A stretch of DNA of 55,875 nt, taken from positions 181,324,284 through 181,380,158 of the forward strand of contig NC_068982.1 in NCBI RefSeq assembly GCF_001194135.2. The letters are read 5' to 3'. Origin of the DNA: Octopus bimaculoides. Its lineage: Eukaryota. The notes under the pieces are model-generated. The model saw nothing but the letters and a program-made list of their open reading frames with translations, searched no databases and was not told where the DNA came from. This document shows positions 22,891-36,500 of the stretch, piece after piece. The translations under genes and the position numbers were made by a program. How positions within the stretch are numbered: the stretch's first letter is position 1; each line of letters opens with the position of its first letter.

Positions 22891-24455
22891 ATTCATTTGA
22901 TAATATTAAAGATATGATTTTGTTTGCTTGGTTACTAATATATATTTAAAACACTTTTTTTTTTCTTTCCCGAGCTACAATGATTATTTTTCTTTATACA
23001 TTTTGAATCAGTGGAGGCATTTATAATCTACATGTTCTAAACACGACTATTATATCTTGTTAAATTTTGTATGATCACTTTCTACATTAATCTATTGTCA
23101 TCTCACACAGCAGGGTTTGGTTTCAGGGATATTTATATGTTGCATCTAGCAAGCGGAATGGTGCGTTTGGATCTTTTATGATTCATGATTTTATGTTGAA
23201 CCCAACAGTAAAAGTGGAAAACTATGTAAGCAGTATACACAGGCAATTGTACTGAGTAAAATAACATGTTACAGAAAACCACTGTAATGTTACATAAAGT
23301 GTTTGACAGGATATAATGCATATACACAAATTACATATTTGATAGTTAAATAAATAACATATGCTGCTTGAATGTATGATTAATACATTGTTTATAAATG
23401 GCGCTGAAACATTTTAATATCTTAAAACGTCATTGTAAGGGTCATGGACAAATATTAATTTTCGAGAAGATTCTCAGAATTTGATATTACCGATCGCAGA
23501 TTTGTTATGATAATTCTGCTTGTCATTGAGTTACTTAGCTGGTCGGTAAAACTTTCACGTGATTAGAGAAAAAGAGGGAGAAAGAAAAGATGGAGACGGA
23601 AAAAGAGGAGGGGAAAGGGAGAGAGAAGCGTCCATGACCTGGGGTAGAGTAAATGCAGCCGTAACGCTTTCATATGATTAGTTGAAGGGAAAGAGAGGAG
23701 AAAGGAAAAAGAGGGAGGGAAAGAGGATAAGACGAAGAGTAAGACAGAAGTGGAGAAAGAAACAGAGCGAGAAGAGTCTCTGGTGATTGGGTGGTAAAAT
23801 GTGTATTTCTTAAAAATTGAACAAAATGTCTTATATCACCTAGCAATTAACGCATGCGCCGTGAAAGTGGAAAGCCGTGAAATATTCAAACTTATTTACG
23901 TGGCAGATATATGCAATCTAACTAAAGGTTGTATCACATGTACGGGATATTTATTTTTATGGAAAACTTTGGAAAATAAGAGTGAATATTTATTTTATGT
24001 GTGCGGTATATTTAGTCTATAAAATTCTGCATAAAGCATATAGAGTGTGTATATAAAGTGCATTAAGTAATCATCGTACTCCAATTTCTTTCACTTTTCA
24101 ATTAGTACCATATGAGCGACTACACATACAAAGACAAAACACAGGCTACACTTTCAGGTTTTTTGGATAGAATTTTCAGTAATAGCCCAATAGGTTTACT
24201 ATTAATTTTGAGAAGTGTTCACTTGTCCCACTACTTATAAATAATTCTTTCGAAGTTGGAAAATGCTATTATTGTTTACACATATTCACGATAGGTGTCT
24301 CAATGACACTAGACATCATAGCAAGAGATGCTATAGTTGGATAATCTCTACATATAATTGTATCAATTCTAGTATCCAGACATACTTTTTGTAGTAGCTT
24401 TGTAACATATTTCCTGTTAATTTTGATTTGTATAAATTCTTGAATATTGGATCGT

Positions 24456-24574
<119 letters not shown>

Positions 24575-24809
24575 ATGTATGTATGTATATATATGAATGA
24601 CGAATCTCTCCACTGAGAATTGCTATCATTAACTGCATACAAATCTTCAGGAAAGAACCGCTATTCATATGAAGGAAACACTTTAACTTTCAAACCAAAC
24701 ATACTCAAAGTACAATTAAGAACTTTCAAAATGATACAAACGAATTTTCAGAATCACAAGGTATCTACATGATAATTTTACAGACGCACTTCAAAAATAT
24801 CACCTCAAA

Positions 24810-24975
24810 TATTGATTTCAAAGTTTAGCCAAAGCCAAGAATTGCATCGACCCCAGTGTTCGACTGGTACTTATTTTATCGACCCCGGAAGGATGAAAAG
24901 CTCAGTTAACCTCAGCAGAATTTGAACTCAGAACATTTTGACCGGTGTGCTAATAATTCTGCCAGCTGGCTGCTT
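24810..24975 (-). mobile_element. tRNA-derived SINE, internally shortened
   Basis: CGACCCCAGTG..ACTGGTACTTATTTTATCGACCCCGGAAGGATGAAA..AGAATTTGAACTCAGAAC is the reverse complement of the 47760 family. Confidence 0.8.
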
Positions 24976-25227
24976 TAATCATCCCAAATGATAGTAGTCA
25001 TCTGTCATAAGCAAAGTGGAGAAAAGAAAAAAAACCTATGCGATTGTTGGTTGTAGTTACTAAATACACATATAACCTTTCCAAAGAAAATTTATTTGAA
25101 TTCTTGGTATTTGTTCAAGTAGGAGCATTTTAAAATTAATAGCCACACAGACATATTACCCTCATTTTGTTCAATATTTACCGCGACTATTCTTTTGCAA
25201 TTACACAGCTATAGACTGTTAGCCTCG

Positions 25228-25430
25228 AATTTTTGCGCAAGGCCAGCAGTTACGCAGGAGGGGGTAAGCCGTTTACCTTATCCCCAGTGTTCAGCTGGCA
25301 CTTATTTAGTCGACCCCGAAAATATGAAAAGCAAACTTGATCTCGGCGGAATTTGAATTCAGAACGTAAAGATGGACGATATACCGCTCAACATACAGCC
25401 CGGTGTAACAGATTCCGCTTGTTCGCCGAT
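25228..25430 (-). mobile_element. tRNA-derived SINE
   Basis: GTCGACCCCGAAAATATGAAAAGCAAACTTGATCTCGGCGGAATTTGAATTCAGAACGT, same family as above. Confidence 0.8.
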
Positions 25431-25824
25431 TTAACAAATACATATATACCAAAGAAACGACAAAGAAGACAAGGAAAATTCTTTCTTTAACACTTCTTGA
25501 ATTATAAGTTACAATTGTTTCTGTACCATCTCTATTTGCAACGCGAGTTTACGCAAAAATTCCAGATAAAAATCACGTACTATTTGCGGTTTTAGAGATT
25601 AGATACTTGCATCGAAGGTGTGTTTTTACATTCAGCTTCCTTCAGACATTGTTGTTAGGAATGTATCGGGAGGAAATACGAAAATTTAAAAAAATGAAAA
25701 GTGTGGATGGGGGGTGAGTAATTGGGGTAGAGAATGTGTGTACGTGGGGAATGAAAAGGTTGGATACGCATAAGAATAGGTAGGAGAAAGGGAAGGAAAG
25801 AGAGGAAAATGAACAGAAGACGAG

Positions 25825-25914
25825 AGAAGAAGAAGAAGAAGAAGAAGAAGAAGAAGAAGAAGAAGAAGAAGAAGAAGAAGAAGAAGAAGAAGAAGAAGAA
25901 GAAGAAGAAGAAGA
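25825..25914. repeat. (GAA)n microsatellite within a longer polypurine tract
   Basis: Read directly from the sequence. Confidence 0.95.
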
Positions 25915-27034
25915 GTGGTTTAGTCAACATGGATAAAGTGGAGAGAGCGGCATATAGCAAGACGGTTTATCTTGATGCATGATGATGGTGAGTCTGTCAG
26001 GACAAGTGGTTACAATATATATAATAACACCAGTAATTGAGGATCATACGATCAGATATATGAGATCTCTACTCTCGGTTACTTAACCTAATTTCCCAAT
26101 TCATAGGTTAACAGACACGATCCAATTCCTAAATCAACTTGGTTGCTTTTACCAACTTTAAATATACTAAAGTAGTTATATATTCTATACATAATTATAT
26201 ACGAGATGTGAATATATCTTCTGTTATATGTTAGTAAAGCAACAAAAAGATAACTATCGTGCCTTAAGTATATAAATATCTTTCAAACGTTCATTTAACG
26301 AACGACAATATTTTATATACATATATGTTATATATAAGTGTGTATGTGTGTATGTGTTTGTCAGTGTGTGTTTGTTTGTGTGGGGGGTGTAATGCAATGA
26401 TTTGTTCAATAAAAATAGACTTTAGGAGTTATGAGTTATTTACACTTATATTTGTAACTTTAGTTTTGTAAGTAATACCATGCCACATTTCCTCGCAATG
26501 TAGAAAAATATATGACACCTTCCATTGTGATCAATGCAAAACAGCCTGAGAAGTTATTTTCCGAATTTGAAGTGTGAACGTTTCTGTCTGTTTCAACGGT
26601 AGCTATAACACCGTTGTTTACCATGAAAGCAAATCTATACTGATTTTATCACAGCTGGTCTTTTTCTACGCTCTGTATTAATTATTACACCTGGATTTTA
26701 TTTGTTGCTATCTTTAAATATCACATTAGCTTCACATCTGATAAAAGAAAAATACTAAAACAATAAAATATTAAAGTTCCGTTCAGATTAATAAATTTTT
26801 CAGTTAATAATCAAAGTGAGAGAAATATATATGATTTCATATCGCTAACTTGGTGTGCCTTCTCTATCTATTATCTGTCTTTCATCTGACTAATTCATGA
26901 AGCAGAGTTACAAAGAGCTGCATTTAAGCGATAATTCTGCTCTGAGAAATGAGTGACAGAATAATAGGTATTATATACATAACAACTATCCTATTATGTA
27001 TGTGTATATGTATGTATGTATGTATGAATGTATT

Positions 27035-28030
27035 TAGTTACTGGTTTCAGCCAGAGGCTGGAACAAATCTGCAGCACCATTTTTCAGTGTGTCCCTGTCT
27101 CTTCTGCATACTGGTTTTGGTGAAGAAGCAAGTTGGACGAAGCTGCCCTTCTTTGTGCCTCCTGTCGCAATATGGGCTCATCTGGGATTTCAAATAGAAA
27201 TTTGTCCAGTTGCTTTTTGAACGTTTCCACATCTATTCCCTGCAGATCTCTTAGGTTCCTTGGTAGGATGTTACACGGTTGTGGTCCCCTCAAATCTTAG
27301 CTGTTGCAATACAGGGTGCTTTTCTAAAATGAAGAAGACTAACTTTGGTATTATACTGTGCTATCCAGTTCGGTGGCAGGTATAGACTTTAATAAAATTG
27401 AGAGGTAGACCTTCCCTGATCTTCCATAGGTATATCACTGCATACGTTTCTCGCCTTCTCTCCAAGGAGTAGAGTTTAGTTCTTGTAGTCTCTACCAGGA
27501 GCTCATCTGTTTCACCGATTCAATCTTCTTGCCTCACATTCTGTCACCAATGTGATGCTCTGCAGCGACCAGAGTTGGAAGCAGTAATCCAGACGACTGA
27601 GGACAAATATCCTCCATAAGAGTACCGAGATATCCTTATTTCTGGTTCTGAATAATCTAAGGAACCATCCACCTACATACAGTGTTGTCATCCTGCCAAT
27701 ATGCACATGGAATGTTGCAACACTACACGTGGATTCTCAACTCACGCATCTTTTCTAAGTCTGGGTTTGCACTACCCGCTGGTTCTATGTATTCCGACTG
27801 TAGTTTACTTGTAAGCCGATACCAGAGTGCTTGAAACTTATCAGCATTGAACAGCATTGTCATTTCCATCAGCCCATTTATATTGCATGAAGGTTATTTC
27901 GCAGTTTTACTAGTGGCTAACTGTACGACTAACGGTATTCTGAGGGAGCACTACAAAGAGCGGCGGTCCCAGTAGAGTTCCCTGAGGAACTCTACTGCAG
28001 ACTGATGTTTCTTCAGAGAGAGCACTAAGA
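27035..28030 (-). mobile_element. CR1-type LINE, 3' fragment, decayed
   Basis: SRVPQGTLLGPPLF; MLFNADKFQAL; FRTRNKD..VLLWRIFVLSRLDYCFQLWS; LYSLERRRE.Y; GPQPCNILPRNLRDL...FKKQLDKFLFEIPDEP; RAASSNLLLHQ; tail GCTGAAACCAGTAA. Confidence 0.88.
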
Positions 28031-28762
28031 ATAATTTCGATTGAATTTCAAGGAAGAAAGATTGGCAAACAATCAATGGTTATGAAATATCTTTGCAAAA
28101 TTGTTGCTTCATAATACATTATCGGCTAGATATTTACAGATGTTTTCAATCAACCTGTGATTAGTAGAAATAACGTATATTATGCTGTTAGTTGAAAATA
28201 TTATAAGGCAATATTGCTAAAAGGTATATGAGACATATCAATACACTTGAAACGAGATATATTTGTACCTTCATGTATTTATATATAATAGAAATCTTCA
28301 TAAGAGAAGGTGATACACATCAATTAAAAACAAGCAAACAACTGGTATAAGGTCACATTATTTAATCATTAACACAACATGATGGTAAAATTTAATTTTA
28401 CAGCAGTCAAGATCACAGAGGATTGATAGAAGATCTGTTGAGAAATATTCGTAATCGTTAGGTATGCTGCAATGATGGGAGTGAAGAAGTAGATAATGTG
28501 TTTAGAAAGAAAGGAATAAAGAAAGTATGCGATATTAACGCGTAGGAGAAAGAAAGCTGTTGATAATTTGTAAACATTTGTAAAGGAAGAAGACCCAGCT
28601 GATAGAAAATGTAAATTAAGTGTTAAAATGAAAAACTAAAAAGTAAAGGAACAAAAGGTCAGTCGGTGTCTGTACTGTGACTGACGTTTCCCAAGTAAGC
28701 TTCAAGTCAACCAATGACAAAGTTTGACATAAACAGAATAATACACAAATAACGGTGCTTAC

Positions 28763-28798
28763 TGTGACTGATGACAGGTGGGGTAGGAGTGAAATCCT
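28763..28798 (-). CDS. Candidate 36-nt micro-exon ((E)DFTPTPPVISH if phase 1)
   Basis: Acceptor CTTCTCTCGTCATTTCTCAG|, donor ACA|GTAAGC, frame-preserving length. Confidence 0.35.
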
Positions 28799-28868
28799 CT
28801 GAGAAATGACGAGAGAAGTAGCATCTATGAATGAGGCTTACTAACACTAACTTTACTGCAGACTTAAG

Positions 28869-28916
<48 letters not shown>

Positions 28917-29208
28917 AGCCTTTCTGTCTAGCAATATCGGTGTTTCTGACACCCTCAGTTATATTTAATGACGTTTATAATTTTCCCTTTTGGTACACAT
29001 TGCTTACTNNNNNNNNNNNNNNNNNNNNNNNNNNNNNNNNNNNNNNNNNNNNNNNNNNNNNNNNNNNNNNNNNNNNNNNNNNNNNNNNNNNNNNNNNNNN
29101 NNNNNNNNNNNNNNNNNNNNNNNNNNNNNNNNNNNNNNNNNNNNNNNNNNNNNNNNNNNNNNNNNNNNNNNNNNNNNNNNNNNNNNNNNNNNNNNNNNNN
29201 NNNNNNNN

Positions 29209-29251
<43 letters not shown>

Positions 29252-29621
29252 CATTATCTCATCCTATACATATATAAGAGCTAGTTGTCTACTTGTCTGT
29301 TTGTCTACACCCGTTAACGAATTTTCGAACTTTCCATGATAAAGTAACATCCAGTTTCTACTAGCTAGGCACATTGAAGTTTATAGAAATCTATAGCTGA
29401 ATGGCTAGAGCCCCTAGAAGGGATCCACATATATAACCAATATATTCTCTTTTAACAGCCAAAGGAAATAAGCTATTTATTTTCCTATATATCATAAATA
29501 AAATAATGTATAATAATTATTAAACAAGCTAGAACAAAATGCGTGGAATACATTTTCGCTTGCAAGCAAGCTAGCACTAGAATCGAAATCAAATCTTTGG
29601 TAAATAGTATTTTCCTCAACA

Positions 29622-29989
29622 TAGATCCACTTATTTCGGTTAGTGACTTATTCCCGAATACTCCATGAATGCCGATGTGTTTCATGCAACTTCAACCAAT
29701 GTACAAGCGCTGTATGAACAACTGTTCTGCCTATAGACAAATGCAGTTTCTTCACAGAGATCACACTCTGTTTATATATAGGAACACCTTCTTAATATAT
29801 ATATGATAGATGTGTTAATGTTTTTTTTTTTAATGATGTACTCTATATAACAACCAACCACACAAGGAGACAGAAATCACCATTTATCTATCAATGACAT
29901 TGCAAGCTGCACTATCCTCATTCAATTCACATGCTGTTTGCATGCAGGAAAGTTTTCAAATTCACATTGATAGCTGTGTTGACGTTTTC
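29622..29989. repeat. Copy 1 of a diverged direct duplication
   Basis: Aligns with 30196-30546 through shared blocks TAGATCCAC.TATTTCGGTTA, GGAACACCTTCTTAATATATAT, CCATTTATCTATCAAT, GCTGTTTGCATG. Confidence 0.9.
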
Positions 29990-30195
29990 TTAAGATGTAC
30001 ACTTTACTTTTCTCTAACGGCTACGGGGAAGTAAGCCATTTAAAATCCCTTATTTTTCTTTTCCGCCCACTGGTCATCTATCTATACTGTCATAAAAGTC
30101 ACACGCAGTTACATGCCGGAACACTTTCTTAAAAAACATCAAATCTGAGTTTTCGACATCTGCGCTCACAAAAACTGCGGCAAAGCGTTCAAAAG

Positions 30196-30546
30196 TAGAT
30201 CCACCTATTTCGGTTAATGATTTATTCACGAATGACGATATATTTCGCGTCACTTCAGCCAATTGACAGGCGTTGCATGAAGAACTATTCTGCTTTTTGA
30301 CAAATGAACTGTCATCACAAATTACACACCCTGTTTAGATGCAGGAACACCTTCTTAATATATATTGATTGATGTGTTAATATTTCGTAACGATGTACTC
30401 TATGTAACAACCAACCATACAAGCAGAGAGAAATCGCCATTTATCTATCAATAACATTGCAATCTGCACTGTCCTTATACGGTTCACACGCTGTTTGCAT
30501 GTAAGAACATTTTAAAATTCATATTGACAGCTGGGTTGATGTTTTC
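30196..30546. repeat. Copy 2 of the diverged direct duplication
   Basis: See copy 1; start offset is 574 bp. Confidence 0.9.
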
Positions 30547-31134
30547 GTACGTGTTGTAAATGTATTGATAATCTACATGTTACTTTATTTATAAATGTAT
30601 ATGCAAATATATTTGTCTACTGTAAAACTAAATGTCAGTCTGTTTCTTCATGCATTGTAAATTTATTCCAACACTAGTGCCCCTGACGGTAATATTCTCT
30701 GGGAACGCACAAAAGCCCTTTTCACAGTTATTTACTCTGAATTGTTATCATCTCATATCTGATTACCCTGTTATTACGTAATGTGCTTCACAATTTTGGT
30801 ATATATACCTTATTGGTATTTCATCCTGAGTTCTGTACACTCTTGGAAATCATTAATGCCCCTTTAAGGGCTACTTTATTTGAATTCGTACTATCGGGTA
30901 ACTAATTTCAAGTTACTACATAACCGGCTTCGCAATTTTTAGTATTGATAACTTATTGGGATTTCCTATAAACCAGATCCCAATTAAGATAGTTGGGTAT
31001 TCTCTGTAAATGCATAAATCTAGTTTTAAGGGTTACATACATTGTATTACTGTTATTGGATTAGTGAAACAATTATGATAACGGAACCAAGGGATAATTC
31101 CCACTTTTCCGAGAATTACCGAGTACGTCAGCAA

Positions 31135-31187
<53 letters not shown>

Positions 31188-31369
31188 TCAGTAAATAGTG
31201 GGTTTTTAAAACATTCTTTGAAATGTCAAGACATACACAATCATACAGTATATATCAAGAGCAATCGAGAAGAAATTCCTGCCAACTTTTACAGTTAAAT
31301 GTGAAAAGACGTCACAACTAAAGAGCATGGCCCAAAGGAAAGAAGCTTCAATTGAATTAAGACCGATAC

Positions 31370-31752
31370 AATTGAATTTAGTTGATGAATCTGCGATGAA
31401 TTCGAATTTACGGTTGCATGAAGTTATTACATCCATTAATATTATTAATTTCTGTATTTTCTTTTAAAATTTCGTAAGGTTCTCTGCTGCACGAATTGTA
31501 TACGACGAGACTTCCTGGCTAAGTTCATCTTTTTAATGATAGACCAGGAGATATCGTACAAAATATCTTTGATTTTGACGTCGTAAAATTAAAGGATTTG
31601 CGCTTTTTGTTAAAACGCTGATACATGCAGGTTTGCGGCGCAAAAAAATGGTTGACGACAAAATGTACACATTGGTTGTCGTTAGTGATTTTGCACTTAT
31701 ACACAGCCTTATAGTGCAAACGATAATCACTTAAAGGGCACTCTGTGGGCAC
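31370..31752 (-). mobile_element. Penelope-like GIY-YIG endonuclease fragment
   Basis: ORF 31525-31752 has ECPLSDYRLHYKAVYKCKIT...QRFNKKRKSFN, followed after a frameshift by NSCSREPYEILKENTEINN...HRRF. Equivalent to the CPLxGxC...VYKC...HKxSF...CxLCxxEKxxIL pattern. Confidence 0.7.
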
Positions 31753-33509
31753 ATATTCGGAATTGTTACATTTTTTCTAATCACGAGTTAGGGGCTATGA
31801 GTTATACATGCATGAATGTATCATGATGCATATGCATTGATATCACCCTATGTTCTTTTTGTATAATATTGCCTTACAATGCTAACACCCAATTGGATAA
31901 TATATGTCTTAATATCGTTGATAAATTCGTAATATATGTTTTGAAGGTATTGGGCATAATTTTACCCGGTAGAATTACGCGACATGTCGGACAACCGAAG
32001 ACGCGCTATTACAACTTTTAACTATACAAAATATTTCGTCTGCCTAGCCAACAGAAATCTTAATAAGTATGACGTTGCCTACGGGAATTACTTCTTATCT
32101 ATATATGTGAGATAAAGAAAAAAGAAAGAATTGAATCTGTATTTTACCTAGTCACATTATATTAGAAGTGACTTAGATTTTGCTGTATCTCTGTTTCAAT
32201 TCCTAATTGTTGCAACACAGTCGTTGCATACCAGTATAACACTTAACAACAAAATATGATTGCTTCCTCGAGTATTGCAAAAGTTCTATCAGTTCGATTA
32301 ATGAAAAAAAGAAAAACAGTGATGGTGTTTATTTTATGATACACATTTGTCTCATGTTTATTTTGCGTTTGAGTATCTACAAAGCAAAATCAAATATTTA
32401 TTACAGATTCAAGATTTGATATTCGAATTTGGGACTAAGCCAGGCTGAACATATGCTCAAGAGAATGTTAAGATATACATTTCTGACTATTATTAAGCAT
32501 TATATTACGTATGAAATGACATACTAACTTCAAATAGCATGGGCGATACAGTATTTCCCAAAATACTAGAAGATTATTTCCGACAATCAGAATAATTCGT
32601 GAGTTTTCAATCGCAGTATATGGTACAAAGTGGCTGTAATAATATACACTTCATCGGTGTCTACACGTAGCTACTTTTGTCTTCAGACATAAAATCGGAT
32701 TCACAAGCTCTCAAAATATCAGACAATGTAGAGATGATAGGTCAATATTTGATTTCCAAAGCAAAGAGATAGGAATAACAGATTTATAACTTTACTGTGA
32801 AGCATTGATTTTATTGCAAATATCTTAGGTGTTAATTCAGACATCTGTGAAAGAAAGAGGAAAATATTTGCATACATTTCATCAACTTTTATTTAGCCTT
32901 ATATAATTATACACAAATATATACATACATATATAAATTATGCACATATATATGTATGTATATATGTATGTAGGTACTTATGTATGTATGAATGGATGGA
33001 TGGATGGACGGATTGGCATGTGATAGAGTACTTCATTGTTATTTAAGTTCCAGTCTTCATACAGTAATATAATACAGTAGGCCAGAACAAAATTATCCCA
33101 AAACAGACTGGTTTATTAAACAATACCTTGTATTATGTTGCAATTTAACAGCCGGCTATATCATCAAAGCATTGGGAGACTCAGAATAATACAAAGTTAC
33201 TAATTTCGTTCATTTGCAGGAAACTATTTCATAAAACCATACATATGATATTTGAAATATAAAGACTATAAACCATTTCCAACGAAGCCCTAAAAGATGG
33301 AAGCGTAACTAACAGTAATAAGAGGATATTTTTTTATATTACGCGTACGTAGATAGGATTTAACAAGAGAGAAATTGTCAATATAAGGTGAACCACAGAA
33401 CCATTTTCCGAGCGGCAAACTTTTAGTTCATGTGAACACTGAAATATACTGTCACACGGTATGGCAATGAATTATTTAAGATGAGAAACAGCTCATAAAG
33501 TGATAATTA

Positions 33510-36500
33510 CACTAGTTGTCATATGTTCCATTCGGTTGAACTGCCCCTCCCGAAAAGATAGCGCCAGCAGCAGAGGCTCCACCACAATTTATAGAAGAGG
33601 AGACTCTACCTGAACCGGAAACAAAGAAGACGACGAATGATGGACTAATGTAACCCACAAAAGGAAAAAAGTCCCCAAAAGAAAAATTGCCAATGTCACC
33701 CCTTCCACTTCCAGCTCCAGCAAAAGAAAAACTGCCCCACCCGCAGACACACACGACACACAAACACACCCCTTCAACCCAAACACAAGCCAAAAATATA
33801 AAACCGTTCCCTAACCCTAACCCTAACCCCACCATTCCCGAAAAATATTTTCTCTCCAAACTAGAAACGAGCCTGATAGCAGAGAATGCTAACAACCAGA
33901 CATTAATGAACAGATTTAAAAACACTTAAACTGCAAAAGGATACACCAGTCATTATACTATTCTGCCGGAAAGAATTGTACTCTATGAAATCGACAATAT
34001 ATTGCATAGCTACCACTGGAAAGACATTGCGCCACCCCCAAGATTGGACTTTTGGAAGTCCGTGTACGAGGGCCTAGTCAAAAAGACTCCGTAACACACG
34101 GAAGTTAGTGAGAAGGGATCATAATCCCTTCTCCTTCGGAAGCTAAGCCACATTTCATGGTTTCGCTCGCTGTAGGATGTTTAAATGTTCGTGGCCTGGA
34201 GTGACATTGGAAGCAAGTTCCCTCTCTTAATGACGTCAGATCACATAGTCTGGACGTGATAGTGCCACGGAGACCAGGCTGAGTGGGTTGCGGGCCTTTT
34301 CGCCTCTCCTGAACGGATACGTGAAATTTATTTCTATATGCCAACCGGGGAAAGTGGAGTCGCGATCTTACTCAGGAAAAAACTGGTTTCCGAGACTAGA
34401 ACTTTCTTTATCGACCCAGAAGGCAGGCTGGTCGTCCTTGACGTGACAATCACCAGTAAGACTTTCCGGCTGGTAGGTATTTATGCCCCCTACGGGGCCG
34501 GACATTTTTTTAATTTTTTTTAGAAGGCTAGGAAATTTCCCAGGCACGTCTCATACTTTAGTACTGCTAGGTGACTTTAACACAATCTGCGATGCAAACG
34601 TAGGTTGTGTTGGCTCAAATCTGAATAGATGGAGAAACTAATGCCTCTCTGATCTGCTCAGTCGCTTTGAGCTGGCAGATCGGTACAGACTAGAATTTCC
34701 GAGCGCTCCAGTGTAGACCTGGATGAATAGCGACGGATTTTCTAGATCTTATTTAGATAGAACTTAACCTTGTTAGCTAAAGCGACTACAATTTTGTGTC
34801 CTGTAAGCTGGTGTTAGATAAGATATGTAGATAAGGCCCCGCCTACTAGAAACTCAATAGGTCGCTTCTGACCTGTGTGGCCTACAGGAACCGGATTAGT
34901 CAGTTAGTAAACAGGGCTCTCACAGGCGCCATCATTAACAACAAATGGTGGAGATCCCTAAAAATAGCCATAAAAATTGAGTCAGTTAGATTTAGTAAGG
35001 AATTAGTTGCTAAGAAGAGTAGAATAGAAAGGAACTTAGTAAAGGCCCTAGAAGAGGCATTAGAGAAAGGCAGTCCATCCCAAGTGTTGGCATTACGATT
35101 GGGTCGAGAAGGAATCAATGCTGCGAGATGGGCCCGTGGTAGAAGCCCAGCATGCCAGCGATACCAGTATAAGGTCTATGACGAACAACCAAGGGCAATT
35201 GGTAAACGAATCCGAGGAGATGTGCAAGGTTTTTACGAGGATTTCAGCCAGCTTTTCGGGAGGAACGGCGGAATGCTGTAAAGGACCGATCACAGCTGCG
35301 AAGTACAGGACGTCGTGTCGGAGTGTCATGGGGACAGGTCGCCAGGATTAGATGGTCTTCCCTACGAATTCTTTTACAGTATGCAAGACGTGTTTGGGCA
35401 CCTACTGGCTTGTGTGTTCACGAACTGGCAACAGAATGGGTTCATCCCCAGATCTGTGACCCGGGTAATGGTGACGCTGCTAAGAAAGGATCCAAACAAG
35501 GGAAGCATTATAGATAACGTTCGGCCCATCACTCTGCTTAACACAGAGCTGACGATTTTGGCCAAGGTATTAGCAAAAAGATTGGCGCGTGTCGTGGGTG
35601 GACTAGTTGGGGAGGGACAAACCTGTACCGTCCCGGGCTGGTCCATACACGACAGTCTCAATCTTACACGCTATAACTTAGAGCGGTTTAATAGGGTTTC
35701 TAGCAAAGCTGGGGAACTGTTGCATTTAGATCAGGGTAAAGTTGTCGACTGGGTCGACCATCGGTATCTGTTGACGGTTCTGGCGGCAGTCGGGATGGGC
35801 CAGGTTTTGGCGGTTGGATCTTAGCTTTATACAGCAACATTGACTCGAATATTCGGGTGAAAAGCTTCTTTTCGGAGCCGTTCTCTATCAAGCGCTCACT
35901 TCGTCAAGAATTTCCGCTTTCCGCACTCCTGTACGTGATGGCCCTCGAGCAATTACTGCGGAAGCAAGAGGGTTTGAGTCGCGTCCCACGAGATCTAGCT
36001 TTCGAAGGTCAGTTACGGCCTATGCGGACGACATCACCATCATCATACCTGAAGCGAGCCACTTAAAGAGGCTAGGTAAAGTCGTGAAAGAATACGAGGC
36101 GTTGGCAGGAACAAAAATTAACTGTGAAAAGTCAGTTGGCTTGCAGCTCGGCACCTGGAGAAGCATGTCGATGCCGTCAAACGTCGTGGGACGTTGGACT
36201 GACGGTGTGGTGAAAATGCTTGGAGTCTGGTTTGGGCCAAACTTACAGTTGGAGAAGAATTGGAACGAGGTCACAAGCAGGGTGGTTCATCTAACCCAGA
36301 CATGATCTGGGTGATGGCTATCCCTGAAAGGAAGGGCGAAGGTTGCATATGTGTTCATCGCATCTGTGATAACCTACCGCCTAACTGTCGTGCCTTGTCC
36401 CGATTCGTAACTATGCAAGATGGAACGCTTGCTTTTCTGATTTTTGTGGAAAGGCAGCGGACCTCTTGTAGTGCTCTATCTCTTGCCACCAACCGCTTCA

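Noticed and set aside
25920-25995. Perfect donor ATG|GTGAGT after the (GAA)n tract
   Set aside because: No credible acceptor, and the upstream ATG frame stops before the donor. It cannot be supported as an exon without RNA data.
28768-28805. CTGATGA...GAAAT as a hammerhead, or TGATGA...CTGA as a box C/D snoRNA
   Set aside because: No helix II pairing, and too short for a snoRNA. Better explained as the antisense of the candidate micro-exon.
30700-31100. NCEKGFCAF resembling the hAT dimerisation motif
   Set aside because: A single short motif in a frame full of stops.
31206-31436. ORF with a nuclear-receptor-like phrase (LNSIEASFLWAMLFSCD)
   Set aside because: It lies in the tail of the PLE fragment, has no splice signals, and the similarity is superficial.
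34120-34150. Faint resemblance to the U2 snRNA 5' end (target of Keno-type Tx1 elements)
   Set aside because: It is internal to the element, weak, and no U2 sequence flanks either LINE end.
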